This document shows, one piece after another, positions 1 to 8,636 of a DNA stretch of 64,000 bases; within the stretch, counting starts at the first letter, position 1; every line of letters begins with the position of its first letter. The DNA is from a virus. Its lineage: Duplodnaviria; Caudoviricetes. The position numbers and the translations under genes are program-made. The notes under the pieces were generated by a model. It made no database searches, was not told the origin of the DNA, and saw only the letters and a list, made by a program, of their open reading frames with translations. The stretch is taken from IMG/VR virus record IMGVR_UViG_2595698517_000001, positions 32,001-96,000 of that record. One strand, given 5' to 3'.

Positions 1-57
1 AGTGTTTTTTGACTTTGGGAGTCGTAAGTGTGTTTTGCGTTCTAATAGTCACTATCG

Positions 58-555
58 CCTATATAAGGTGTCAGTACGTTCCATTCTACTGTATATGTGT
101 TAGGCTCCTATAAGGTATATAGTATATAAGGTTGAAAACATGAAGGTTCTATCGTATATTACAACTCATTATAACTTTCGACTTTTGGGTGTGTACTATA
201 GGTGTAATTCGCTCTTTCCTATATAAGTTATTAGTTGTTGTTTTATTATAGTTATAGTTATACCTGCAATCCTTATATACTATATAGTGTGTATGGTTAC
301 TCTCTGACTGTTCTCTCATACTGCTCTATATACTAAATGTTACTGTTAGGGATCATTACGTTGTACTTGCCTTATACTATATAGCGCTTTGAAGTATACT
401 CACTCTTACATGCGTTGCTTACATGTTGGTTGCTTTTATGTTTCATACTCTACTCTATATACTATGTATACTTCTCTGCTTTACATCATAGGCTGTAGTG
501 TTTTACTATATAGTATATGCTTGTACGTTTGTAGTGAATTTGTCTTACGTTTATT
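58..555. repeat. AT-rich non-coding region with repeated TATAT-rich motifs (possible origin or terminal-repeat/packaging region)
   Basis: TACTATATAG at 278, 375 and 504 (504-515 is a 12-bp palindrome); perfect 16-bp inverted repeat 116-131 / 271-286; CTCTATATACTA at 324 and 453; no ORF in track. Confidence 0.6.
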
Positions 556-584
556 ATAGTAGCATGTTGTGTTCAGAACGTCAA
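556..584 (-). promoter_or_regulatory. sigma-A-like promoter facing the non-coding region
   Basis: TTGACG-17bp-TACTAT with TG extension. Confidence 0.65.
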
Positions 585-866
585 CTACTTTTCATTATCT
601 TTATTATCTTCTACTATTACTTCTTGTATAGCTAGGATTACTCCTTTATCTTTGAGAATGTCTAATATATACTCTTGTAGTTGTTTTTGATTAATTGGTT
701 CTGTTAATGCTGCTGTGTATACACCTTTTCGCATGTATAAGGTTTTATAGGTACGTTTCTTCTTTGCTTCTTTCTGTATACATGCTTCACAAGCCCAAGG
801 GTGTTCTTCAGGTTGTGTGCTTGATGTTTCATAGTTTGGTTCATTACAGTGGATACATGTTTTCAT
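585..866 (-). CDS. hypothetical protein with CxxC...CxxC zinc ribbon
   Basis: CIHC and CEAC motifs; GAGGAG RBS; TAATG coupling. Confidence 0.7.
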   Translation of the reverse strand: MKTCIHCNEPNYETSSTQPEEHPWACEACIQKEAKKKRTYKTLYMRKGVYTAALTEPINQKQLQEYILDILKDKGVILAIQEVIVEDNKDNEK

Positions 867-1126
867 TATTGTTCCTCTCCTCTACCGTATACTCTGTTTA
901 CTGTTGCTACTTTGTCTAGGTATACTGCATATGTTATCTTACCTTCTGTGTAATCTTTGTTTAGTTGTTCGATTAGTGTAACGTATGGCATTTCCCCTGC
1001 TACTCTTCTACATTCTTCTAGTAGCTTTACCTTGTTCTTCTCCTGGTTTAGTCTAGCTGCTAGGTAGCCTATGATCCCGCCTGATATGGTCATGGTTAAT
1101 ATGATTGTGATTTGGTATGCGTTCAT
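866..1126 (-). CDS. small membrane-anchored hypothetical protein
   Basis: N-terminal hydrophobic helix; coupled in operon. Confidence 0.7.
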   Translation of the reverse strand: MNAYQITIILTMTISGGIIGYLAARLNQEKNKVKLLEECRRVAGEMPYVTLIEQLNKDYTEGKITYAVYLDKVATVNRVYGRGEEQ

Positions 1127-1365
1127 ATGTCTAAATACTCCTCGTTTAGTTTTCTACCTTCTATATACATGAAATGCTTAAAAGTTTGAGGAAGTGTCGG
1201 TAATAAGACTACTTGGTAATGTACTTCTACTTTGAATCCATCATCTAATAGCTTATCTTTATGCTCTGTTACTGCTTTTAAGAAAAACGTTCTGTCTGTG
1301 TGTTCTATAATAGCTGTTTCTACTATATACTTGTGTACTTGGTTCTTTGCGTTTTCAGGATTCAT
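1123..1365 (-). CDS. hypothetical protein
   Basis: ORF with RBS and overlapping start/stop. Confidence 0.7.
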   Translation of the reverse strand: MNPENAKNQVHKYIVETAIIEHTDRTFFLKAVTEHKDKLLDDGFKVEVHYQVVLLPTLPQTFKHFMYIEGRKLNEEYLDI

Positions 1366-1493
1366 CTCATTTCCCCCTTGTATTTGTTATTTAGATGGGA
1401 CATACAACTTACGTATACTTCGTAGGTGATTTCTTTGTTCTCGTATGCTTTTGTAATACGATCGTGCATGTAATCGTAGTAGTCTTGCTGCAT
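1362..1493 (-). CDS. 43-aa hypothetical protein (not in ORF track)
   Basis: MQQDYYDY...KGEMR; fills gap, ATGA overlap with next gene. Confidence 0.6.
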   Translation of the reverse strand: MQQDYYDYMHDRITKAYENKEITYEVYVSCMSHLNNKYKGEMR

Positions 1494-1494
1494 A

Positions 1495-2133
1495 TCAGTC
1501 TACCTTCCCTTTATATGCGGACGTAATGATTGCTCTTACCCATTTGTGAGCATCTTCGTCTACCTTACCGTGGTGTTTGAATGTGTCAAGCTGTTTCATT
1601 ATTTCCTCGTATCTTTCGACTGACATCATTATCTCTGCTACGGTTTCCTCTATAGTAGGCTCTGCTTGTGCTTCCTTCATTAGCTTTTCTATTACAGGGA
1701 TCAATGATTGAACAGCTATCATATCCTCTGCATGTGTTTTAGTCGCTAACGGATGTGGGTTCATCTGTCTTCTAACTATCTTTTCTTCCTGTTTCTTTAA
1801 CCATTCGAGCTGCATAGGTAACGTATACTTCTCAGGCTCTATCATTTGTACCTCTCTGAAGTGGTTCGTAAGCTTTTCTTTGTCTACTGGGTGCTTCTCT
1901 CCAAACTCATCTGTAAACACCATGTAGTTAGGCTCCTTGCCTTCATATGCACTGTATATCTTTCCTCTAGTGAAAGACTTATACGGTTTTAATCCTCTCA
2001 TGTTTAAGCATAAGTAATGTTTCATAACAGTTTCTCTCATAATGTGTTCCTCCTGGTCATGTAATTTGTGTAGCGCTTTGTAGTTCTCTTTAATCGTTTG
2101 CCTAATCATAGCCTTCTTCCTGGTCTTTTTCAT
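1495..2133 (-). CDS. hypothetical protein
   Basis: ORF; AAGGAG RBS before ATG at 2133. Confidence 0.75.
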   Translation of the reverse strand: MKKTRKKAMIRQTIKENYKALHKLHDQEEHIMRETVMKHYLCLNMRGLKPYKSFTRGKIYSAYEGKEPNYMVFTDEFGEKHPVDKEKLTNHFREVQMIEPEKYTLPMQLEWLKKQEEKIVRRQMNPHPLATKTHAEDMIAVQSLIPVIEKLMKEAQAEPTIEETVAEIMMSVERYEEIMKQLDTFKHHGKVDEDAHKWVRAIITSAYKGKVD

Positions 2134-2144
2134 ACACACTCTCC

Positions 2145-2363
2145 TTAGAACGCAGGTGTTAAGAGTTTGGCATTGTCACCAGTTTGGAACGGGCTTATAA
2201 CTCTTTTAGCCATACCTTGTACTCGTAACCTGCCGCTATTCGTAATAGTTACCTCGTTAACTTTGTAAATCTCATAGTAGCTGCCACTGTATAAAAATAC
2301 ATCACCTACCTTTACTGTTCCATCATTAAATGCTGCATTAAACGGTACCTTCGCTGCTGCCAT
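2145..2363 (-). CDS. hypothetical protein
   Basis: ORF with GAGGAGG RBS. Confidence 0.7.
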   Translation of the reverse strand: MAAAKVPFNAAFNDGTVKVGDVFLYSGSYYEIYKVNEVTITNSGRLRVQGMAKRVISPFQTGDNAKLLTPAF

Positions 2364-2778
2364 GTTTACCCTCCTCTACTAAGCTTTCTAGAAATTTAAG
2401 CTCCCATGTCTTAGACTGTAGTTCTCCTACTCGTAATCCGTATGAGACGTGAGCACCTATAGGTAAATTAGTGTCACTAGCATCATAACCTACTACATCG
2501 TCATGCTCATCTAGCTCAACAATTCTGTCTTTAACAAACTGTATTCGTTCCTTAATCTTCTTTTCCTCTAGCTCTATTAGTTCTTCCAGGAACGCTATTT
2601 CCATTTCCTTTGCTCCGATTCTACCTTCTTCTGTGCCCCACGTTCTGAATCCATGCTTCGATAGGTTATCTTCCCTACTCTTATAATGGTTCACACGAGG
2701 TTCTATACGATGTTCTATTTGTCGTTCTAAGAAGGATTTTCTATGCTTAAGCTTTTCAATCAGTGTCTTCTGCTTCAT
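2338..2778 (-). CDS. hypothetical helical protein
   Basis: ORF with GAGGAGG RBS. Confidence 0.7.
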   Translation of the reverse strand: MKQKTLIEKLKHRKSFLERQIEHRIEPRVNHYKSREDNLSKHGFRTWGTEEGRIGAKEMEIAFLEELIELEEKKIKERIQFVKDRIVELDEHDDVVGYDASDTNLPIGAHVSYGLRVGELQSKTWELKFLESLVEEGKHGSSEGTV

Positions 2779-2941
2779 GACACTTCTCCTCCTCTTTTAT
2801 CAGTCTACTTAAGCCTAGCAGTGATAATCCTCCGAATATATACCAGTACCATGCGATGTTAAAATACTTTCCTACATATACTATCCCTGCACCGATCACA
2901 AGTGTAAGGATTGCACATATAATTTCTTCTTTTAAACTCAT
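2756..2941 (-). CDS. small membrane protein
   Basis: two hydrophobic helices. Confidence 0.65.
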   Translation of the reverse strand: MSLKEEIICAILTLVIGAGIVYVGKYFNIAWYWYIFGGLSLLGLSRLIKEEEKCHEAEDTD

Positions 2942-3354
2942 TTCTTATCCACCTGACCTTTTACAAAGTCCATTAAGTCTTGTAATGCGTAGTACTCAGG
3001 GTTCATAAGCTTTTTAATGCCTAATGTAATCCAGTCTATCTCATTCCATGCTACGATAATCGTAAATACTATAGCACCTGCAATAACAAACCCAAACAAT
3101 ACTTCTATACCTTCGTCCGCAAACATTTCCCATTTCTTGATAATCAGCTTATTAACCAGGAACCATACTACTGCTAGTACTACAAGCCAAATTAATGCTT
3201 TTACTAATAGACTAACACCATCTACGAATTGCTGCTTCACTAGTACTTCATATACATGTGTTGCTGCTACACCTAACTGTTTTGCTAACTCATCGATGAA
3301 TCCGCCTAGCTTGTCCGCTCTATCCATTAACCAATTGACTGCTTTATCACTCAT
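2938..3354 (-). CDS. membrane protein
   Basis: two TM helices and C-terminal NPEYYA motif seen in many phage proteins. Confidence 0.75.
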   Translation of the reverse strand: MSDKAVNWLMDRADKLGGFIDELAKQLGVAATHVYEVLVKQQFVDGVSLLVKALIWLVVLAVVWFLVNKLIIKKWEMFADEGIEVLFGFVIAGAIVFTIIVAWNEIDWITLGIKKLMNPEYYALQDLMDFVKGQVDKK

Positions 3355-3689
3355 TGTTCTTCCCCCTTAGGTTTTAATAGCCCTTCTTCTACAGCAGTAC
3401 AGTAGAAGTCTGCAATAGGAGCAAAAGGTACAGAAGTTGTTTTACCGCTCTCATGTATGCATGTCATCTGAGTAGGTCTAGCACCTTTCACAACTTTAAG
3501 TCCAGTTTTAGCTTCAGCTAGTCTCTTACCTATGTTTTTCATCTTATGTGCCCACTCAAGGAACCCTATCATATATGTGTGTGTTTGATTGGTTTTACCG
3601 TGCATAACTTCCTTGCGCCAGTAATCTCTAGTATCTAAATCTGCACCTTTACACTTAGAAATCGCTCTTCTTCTTACTCTTCTGCTCAT
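3351..3689 (-). CDS. hypothetical protein
   Basis: ORF with GGAGG RBS. Confidence 0.7.
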   Translation of the reverse strand: MSRRVRRRAISKCKGADLDTRDYWRKEVMHGKTNQTHTYMIGFLEWAHKMKNIGKRLAEAKTGLKVVKGARPTQMTCIHESGKTTSVPFAPIADFYCTAVEEGLLKPKGEEQ

Positions 3690-3903
3690 TTTGCTCCTCC
3701 TTAAGTTCTCTTACAACAATGTAAGTTAGTACCGTACCTACTACCCAAGGAAGTATCACAAGAGCGATAGTTCCAGGCATTGTAGTGTATACTTCCCATT
3801 TTAAATTAGTTAGTAATAGATTTAATCCCATGCTTGACATAAAGATAACCATTACCCATATCCCTAAGAAACTTAGTATGTAGCCTGAGCTTATATTCTT
3901 CAT
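3655..3903 (-). CDS. small membrane protein
   Basis: two hydrophobic helices. Confidence 0.65.
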   Translation of the reverse strand: MKNISSGYILSFLGIWVMVIFMSSMGLNLLLTNLKWEVYTTMPGTIALVILPWVVGTVLTYIVVRELKEEQNEQKSKKKSDF

Positions 3904-4115
3904 TTGCTACACTCCTTGTTTTCTATAGTAGAGGGGACAGGAACCTTGCCTGCCATATTAACTGTAGTTGTGTACTCACCTGTACCTACCAGTTCCCCTC
4001 CCCGATCATGACAATCTTTCCACTCGTAATACATACCAATAGCACTAATAGGTAATAAGATGATACAAGTGATTAGTAGTATCTTCATGAGTGCTTCAAG
4101 AAAGTCAGTTAACAT
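3900..4115 (-). CDS. small membrane-anchored protein
   Basis: start moved to ATG 4115 after GAGGAG RBS; one TM helix. Confidence 0.65.
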   Translation of the reverse strand: MLTDFLEALMKILLITCIILLPISAIGMYYEWKDCHDRGGELVGTGEYTTTVNMAGKVPVPSTIENKECSK

Positions 4116-4119
4116 AGTA

Positions 4120-4539
4120 TCACTCCTCTTGCTTACTAAACCTAGTACGAATGCTTTCTGTAATGGCTTCATACTGTTCTAATGTGATTAAGTTGTTATT
4201 AAATAGTTCTGTTAGTATAATGTGATAATAAGCAGGATTATTTCTATCCTTTGCAAATGCTAGTGGGTATGTTTCTCGTATCTTCTTGTTATCCTCTATA
4301 GCCTTACCAAAGAAACCTTTACTATTTTTATCGATCACTGTTTTTAACTGCCTTACACCTATACCTGGTGCGGAGACTACAGTGATAATAGCTTCATCTT
4401 GCTTCTTGTTCATCATCCCATTAAGCCACACATCATAGCTACTTTGTACTACACCGTCACAACACCAGGTACCTTTAGCTAAATACTTACCACAACTTGG
4501 GCAGTTACCGTATATCATGTAATCACTGACAATAGCCAC
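4120..4539 (-). CDS. hypothetical protein with Cys cluster
   Basis: CPSC...CC motif; operon position. Confidence 0.7.
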   Translation of the reverse strand: MAIVSDYMIYGNCPSCGKYLAKGTWCCDGVVQSSYDVWLNGMMNKKQDEAIITVVSAPGIGVRQLKTVIDKNSKGFFGKAIEDNKKIRETYPLAFAKDRNNPAYYHIILTELFNNNLITLEQYEAITESIRTRFSKQEE

Positions 4540-4541
4540 TT

Positions 4542-4844
4542 CTATTCCCCCTTAAATCGTTTTGATATGAATGAGTACTTATTGTGTAATGCTCTCTCCT
4601 CGTATACCTCATTAACCGCAGGAGATATTTCTAGGAAATACCAGGCTGTAACTAACAGAGCGTACATTATACTAAATATTATCACCATTAGGTTTAACAT
4701 ATGTTGAATGTCAGGTACAGGACGGAAGTATAAATAGATGTTTGCTGCTAGTATAATTAGTATGACTAGCCCAAATTCTTTTAGTGAAGGTAGCACCCTT
4801 TCATGCAGTAGCATTCGTAGCTTAACTTTAGTCTGTACACTCAC
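4542..4844 (-). CDS. membrane protein
   Basis: GTG start after GAGGAGG; two TM helices. Confidence 0.65.
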   Translation of the reverse strand: MSVQTKVKLRMLLHERVLPSLKEFGLVILIILAANIYLYFRPVPDIQHMLNLMVIIFSIMYALLVTAWYFLEISPAVNEVYEERALHNKYSFISKRFKGE

Positions 4845-4846
4845 CC

Positions 4847-5029
4847 CTATTCCTCCTCGTGACGCAGTTTGTATTCCCATTGTACATAGTAGTTATAAGA
4901 CTTTTCCAAGTTCTCAGGTAACATATCTTCGAAGCAACATTCTACTTCGTCACCTTTCATTGCAGCCATTCTATAACAGAAGTTAATCTTCTCTTCTAAT
5001 GTACGGTCTTCCATTCTTTTAGCTTCCAT
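4847..5029 (-). CDS. hypothetical protein
   Basis: ORF with GAGGAGG RBS. Confidence 0.65.
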   Translation of the reverse strand: MEAKRMEDRTLEEKINFCYRMAAMKGDEVECCFEDMLPENLEKSYNYYVQWEYKLRHEEE

Positions 5030-5089
5030 GTTAATCCTCCTCTTAATAATGGAGGGGTGTAAGGTTAGTTACACCCGCACCGTCATATA

Positions 5090-5665
5090 TTAGTCACAGA
5101 ATGAACTGCTAGAACCACTGTCAGAGCTACTATAGCTACTTGAACTACTAGAGTGGTCACTATAACTGCTGCTTGAACTACTAGATGAGCTATGGTCACT
5201 CCATGAGCTGCTATGGCTACTGTGGCTGCTGCAAGAGTTAGAACTACTGCTACTACTTCTAGACGAATCATCGTCCGTATACGTGCTGCTAAGTGCCCCA
5301 AACGTCCATCCTGGATTGTAGTCATCATCGTTACGGTCTCTACTAGTGCTTCGGCTTGGTGTGCTAGTACTTGTTTGCTTACGTGCTGCTACAGAAGTAG
5401 ACTCATACTTTTTAGTAGGTGTTGAAGTAGAAGTGAATGTCTTTGGTGCTCCCGATGATACATGAACTGTAGACTTATAGCCCTGCTCACGTAAGTAGTC
5501 GTTCGTTTCTTTTCTAACTTGCTCTAAGCGCTCTTTACCTTTGTCAACCTTTTCAGTCTTCTTAATTTCTACTTTCTTCTGCTTTGGTTTTTGGGTATCC
5601 AAGTAACCCCAAATAGCTAGTCCCACCCAAATTGCTGCTAATATTAACATAATCCAAATAAACAT
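5090..5665 (-). CDS. membrane-anchored protein with Ser-rich C-terminal tail
   Basis: N-terminal TM helix; poly-Ser/Asp tail ending SSSSFCD. Confidence 0.75.
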   Translation of the reverse strand: MFIWIMLILAAIWVGLAIWGYLDTQKPKQKKVEIKKTEKVDKGKERLEQVRKETNDYLREQGYKSTVHVSSGAPKTFTSTSTPTKKYESTSVAARKQTSTSTPSRSTSRDRNDDDYNPGWTFGALSSTYTDDDSSRSSSSSSNSCSSHSSHSSSWSDHSSSSSSSSSYSDHSSSSSSYSSSDSGSSSSFCD

Positions 5666-5705
5666 GTAATCACTCCTCAATTTAATAGTGTATAACTCTT
5701 AAGGA

Positions 5706-6050
5706 TCAGGCTAGGTACCAACCGCCTTCACCGTCATCCTTGTGCCCAATCTTATGTGCGTCAACGTCAGTTATCTTGCTTAGTGTTGCTTCTAAAGCAG
5801 CAGCCTGAGCCTTCATATCTTTCAGGTAGTCTTTCACTAGTTTCCACTGTACAGTAGCTCCGTGACCTTTTGTTACCTTAAGGTATGTACGGACTAATAC
5901 TCCTCCATTCCATACATGTAGATATACACCAGTACTATACAAGTCTGCACTATTCTTCGCTTCCTCAATATCAGCACCTACATATAGGACATTCTCCATA
6001 AACTGCTTGCTTTGGTATGTGCCAGTTAACTGAACTAAATAAGTTTCCAT
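5706..6050 (-). CDS. hypothetical protein, paralog of 6399-6737
   Basis: shared VxYxGxD...AK, VW.G...TY and QW motifs. Confidence 0.7.
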   Translation of the reverse strand: METYLVQLTGTYQSKQFMENVLYVGADIEEAKNSADLYSTGVYLHVWNGGVLVRTYLKVTKGHGATVQWKLVKDYLKDMKAQAAALEATLSKITDVDAHKIGHKDDGEGGWYLA

Positions 6051-6051
6051 T

Positions 6052-6432
6052 TTACATCCCCCTATTAATTACTTTGGCAGTTGCATTGCCTTTAATGTTG
6101 TTACAATTGATAGAAGTACCTGATACTGCATTGCCACCTATGTTATTGCAGTTAACGCTTGTTCCTGCTTTAACATTGCCTGTAACGTTATTGCAATTTA
6201 CACTTGTACTTGACTCTACATTACCTGTAACATCGCCTTGAATATGTATAGATTCATCGCTAGTAATACGTTCTACTCCACTTTCAACTACAATCGTAAC
6301 TTTCTCATCCAAGGTACCGTCTTGTACCACACCATCTACAATAACTTGTCCATTGTTAACGATGATGTTATTACCTGAATACGACTTACCATTAATGTTT
6401 ATTCCGCTGTTTTTTCCAAAGAAGTTGAACAT
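6052..6432 (-). CDS. beta-solenoid repeat protein
   Basis: repeated S(V/I)NCNN(V/I)xGN units. Confidence 0.7.
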   Translation of the reverse strand: MFNFFGKNSGININGKSYSGNNIIVNNGQVIVDGVVQDGTLDEKVTIVVESGVERITSDESIHIQGDVTGNVESSTSVNCNNVTGNVKAGTSVNCNNIGGNAVSGTSINCNNIKGNATAKVINRGM

Positions 6433-6737
6433 TTCTTATCTTCCTCCTGTAATAAGATGTTAGCTGCCACGAGTGATTCTAGCTCTAGAGTAGATTTACG
6501 GATTTCTTCTGCAAGCTTTTCCTTACGATCGTAAGTTTTCACCCATTGCTTCTCCTCATGACCTTCTACTGTTCTACGTTCGTACGTTTCAATGTGGGTA
6601 CCTTCTAACCATACCGTAATTTTTGCACCATAACGTGCTCGTTCTTTTGCCATTTTAAAGTCCAACCCTGCATAAGGAACATCGAATGTCCCGTGGTACA
6701 TTGTACGTTCTGTTTCTGTTACATACACTCTATGCAT
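6399..6737 (-). CDS. hypothetical protein, paralog of 5706-6050
   Basis: AGGAGG RBS; shared motifs. Confidence 0.7.
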   Translation of the reverse strand: MHRVYVTETERTMYHGTFDVPYAGLDFKMAKERARYGAKITVWLEGTHIETYERRTVEGHEEKQWVKTYDRKEKLAEEIRKSTLELESLVAANILLQEEDKKCSTSLEKTAE

Positions 6738-6749
6738 AAATTCCCCTCC

Positions 6750-6932
6750 TTAAAGTCCAAATAAGCTTGCGATGATACCTAAAAATATACCAATTATGAA
6801 GAATGCGCCAAGACCTGATAAAATGTATACGACTCCGAGCCACCCGAAAGTTGCGATTAGGAACCCACATCCGATCAGGAATACCATTAGGATGATAAAC
6901 ATACATCCTACTAGGATAGGTAGCTTTTCCAT
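6750..6932 (-). CDS. small membrane protein
   Basis: entirely hydrophobic; GGAGGAGG RBS. Confidence 0.65.
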   Translation of the reverse strand: MEKLPILVGCMFIILMVFLIGCGFLIATFGWLGVVYILSGLGAFFIIGIFLGIIASLFGL

Positions 6933-7108
6933 TAATCCTCCTCCATTTCTGCTTGCATTTCTTTAATTGCTTGTAGAATATCTTCCTTGGAGAACTTATC
7001 CACATGATGTAAGTAATTCGCTGCAAACTTTACGTCTCCTGTTCCCGATATTACAATTTCGAAGATGGAGTCTTTAATCACTTTAATTGTTTCTTGGTTA
7101 TCAGCCAT
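6932..7108 (-). CDS. 58-aa hypothetical early protein (not in ORF track)
   Basis: MADNQETIK...; GAGGAGG RBS; directly downstream of promoter; TAATG coupling. Confidence 0.65.
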   Translation of the reverse strand: MADNQETIKVIKDSIFEIVISGTGDVKFAANYLHHVDKFSKEDILQAIKEMQAEMEED

Positions 7109-7129
7109 GTATTCACCTCCTCATAACCT

Positions 7130-7171
7130 TGTAACCAAAGAATATCATAGAGGTTGTCCAAGTGTCAACAA
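7130..7171 (-). promoter_or_regulatory. sigma-A-like early promoter, duplicated at 33864-33905
   Basis: TTGACA-18bp-TATTCT with TG; 41/42 bp identical to second copy. Confidence 0.75.
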
Positions 7172-7182
7172 AAAATATAAAT

Positions 7183-7215
7183 AAAAAAAGATACAGAGTA
7201 TTAACCCTGTATCTC
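7183..7215 (-). terminator. intrinsic terminator
   Basis: GATACAG stem followed by T-run on minus strand. Confidence 0.65.
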
Positions 7216-7425
7216 TTCTTCAGGCAGCTCCACTAAAATAGCTACCATCTTCTTATATCCTTTTTTAGGGCTACGGTTACTACCCTCACCTTGACCTGTA
7301 TACCGTCTAGTAATACTACCGTCTGACCAGGCACTGAAGCAGTTCACAATTTTCAGATGCTCCGCTACATTTAGATCAGCCAGGATGTCTTTCACTTTAC
7401 TAACGTCAGTTTGCTTCTTAGCCAT
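7201..7425 (-). CDS. hypothetical protein
   Basis: ORF at end of operon. Confidence 0.65.
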   Translation of the reverse strand: MAKKQTDVSKVKDILADLNVAEHLKIVNCFSAWSDGSITRRYTGQGEGSNRSPKKGYKKMVAILVELPEEEIQG

Positions 7426-7427
7426 AC

Positions 7428-7850
7428 TTAGCAGCCTATTCCAATGCAGAAGTCGCCAGTCTCTTCTTCCACGAAAGTTTCCTGATTAGGGTTGCGTACA
7501 ATACCGCCTGCATCGTAATCTACGCTACCCCAGTACACTTCTATATTTTGATTTTCGTCTTCGTCATCGAAAGCAAGAGTGATAGATATGATGTCGCTCG
7601 TTTTAAGGATCGCTACTACTGTTTCACTGTGAGATTCAAAGTGCTCGACAAACCCTGGGTCTCGACACTCGTTAGGAGTCTTTTTAATGCGTATACGTGT
7701 TCTTCGAGCTCCTAGTGAATCGTATACATTACCCTCGCTAACAAGAATACCTGACTGTAGACTATCGAATTTGATATACTCTATAAGGTCTTTACCTACA
7801 GTCAATTTCCCTCCGTTTTGCATATAAAAAATAACGTCTTTAAATTCCAT
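7428..7850 (-). CDS. hypothetical protein
   Basis: ORF with AAGGA RBS. Confidence 0.7.
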   Translation of the reverse strand: MEFKDVIFYMQNGGKLTVGKDLIEYIKFDSLQSGILVSEGNVYDSLGARRTRIRIKKTPNECRDPGFVEHFESHSETVVAILKTSDIISITLAFDDEDENQNIEVYWGSVDYDAGGIVRNPNQETFVEEETGDFCIGIGC

Positions 7851-7851
7851 A

Positions 7852-8280
7852 CTATTCCTTGTCCCCTTTCAAGAAGCCTTCTAAGTCGTCTAGCTCTAGC
7901 TCAGTCTTCTTATCTTCAGATAACAGTTTGTCTAACTTAGCTTCTGCACGCTGTAACTCACGAAGCTCCTCTGCTTTAGTTAGCTGCGTGTATCGTGCTT
8001 TACAATCCTTTAACATACCTTGTACAGAGTTACCACTCATTTTTACAGATGCTAACGGTAAGTCTTGTGCTTCAGCAGATACTAGTAAGGAATGGAATAG
8101 TGAGATAAAGAGTGGCAGCTCATCCTCACGTAATACACGGATATTCTTTTTCTCGTTATTCCAAGTGAATAAACAGTTAGTTTCAGTCTTAAGAATCTCG
8201 TTCCAATCCCCTAACTTTTCACGTTTCTCCTCGATCAGTTTCTTTAATGCTAAAATACGAGCGTCATTATTCTTTGCCAT
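7852..8280 (-). CDS. hypothetical coiled-coil protein
   Basis: GGAGG RBS; helical composition. Confidence 0.75.
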   Translation of the reverse strand: MAKNNDARILALKKLIEEKREKLGDWNEILKTETNCLFTWNNEKKNIRVLREDELPLFISLFHSLLVSAEAQDLPLASVKMSGNSVQGMLKDCKARYTQLTKAEELRELQRAEAKLDKLLSEDKKTELELDDLEGFLKGDKE

Positions 8281-8292
8281 TATTGTTTCCTC

Positions 8293-8625
8293 CTATTTCT
8301 TTGGTTGGAATGTCTCACCATATAGTTCCATAAACTCTTCAAACGTACAACTTATTACAGGCTTTACACCTTTATACCCTAAGAACTGGTACCAGGCGTA
8401 GTCTACCATATCATCAGGGTCACTATGGAACCTACAGTCTACTAACTGGAATATTCCTGTCTTACCTGATCTCATCTCAGTTTCCCATAATGTATTCGCA
8501 CTGTAGCCAAACCTATGTAGATAAAAGCCTGAACCTCGGTTAAAGTCGTGAAACTTCTTACCACTGGTACGGTCTCTCCATATTCTATACTTCTTCCAGT
8601 TTTTAAGCTTATATAGTAAACCCAC
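8293..8625 (-). CDS. hypothetical protein
   Basis: GTG start after GGAGG. Confidence 0.7.
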   Translation of the reverse strand: MGLLYKLKNWKKYRIWRDRTSGKKFHDFNRGSGFYLHRFGYSANTLWETEMRSGKTGIFQLVDCRFHSDPDDMVDYAWYQFLGYKGVKPVISCTFEEFMELYGETFQPKK

Positions 8626-8636
8626 AGTAGCCCCTC

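Noticed and set aside
58-555. Possible CRISPR array in the repeated TATATAG motifs
   Set aside because: The repeats are only 10-16 bp, irregularly spaced and in both orientations; no cas genes are present.
5083-5328. Hydrophobic 81-aa minus-strand ORF
   Set aside because: It is an alternative-frame reading of the Ser-rich tail of 5090-5665.
6730-7026. 98-aa minus-strand ORF
   Set aside because: It overlaps two better genes (6750-6932 and 6932-7108) that have strong RBSs.
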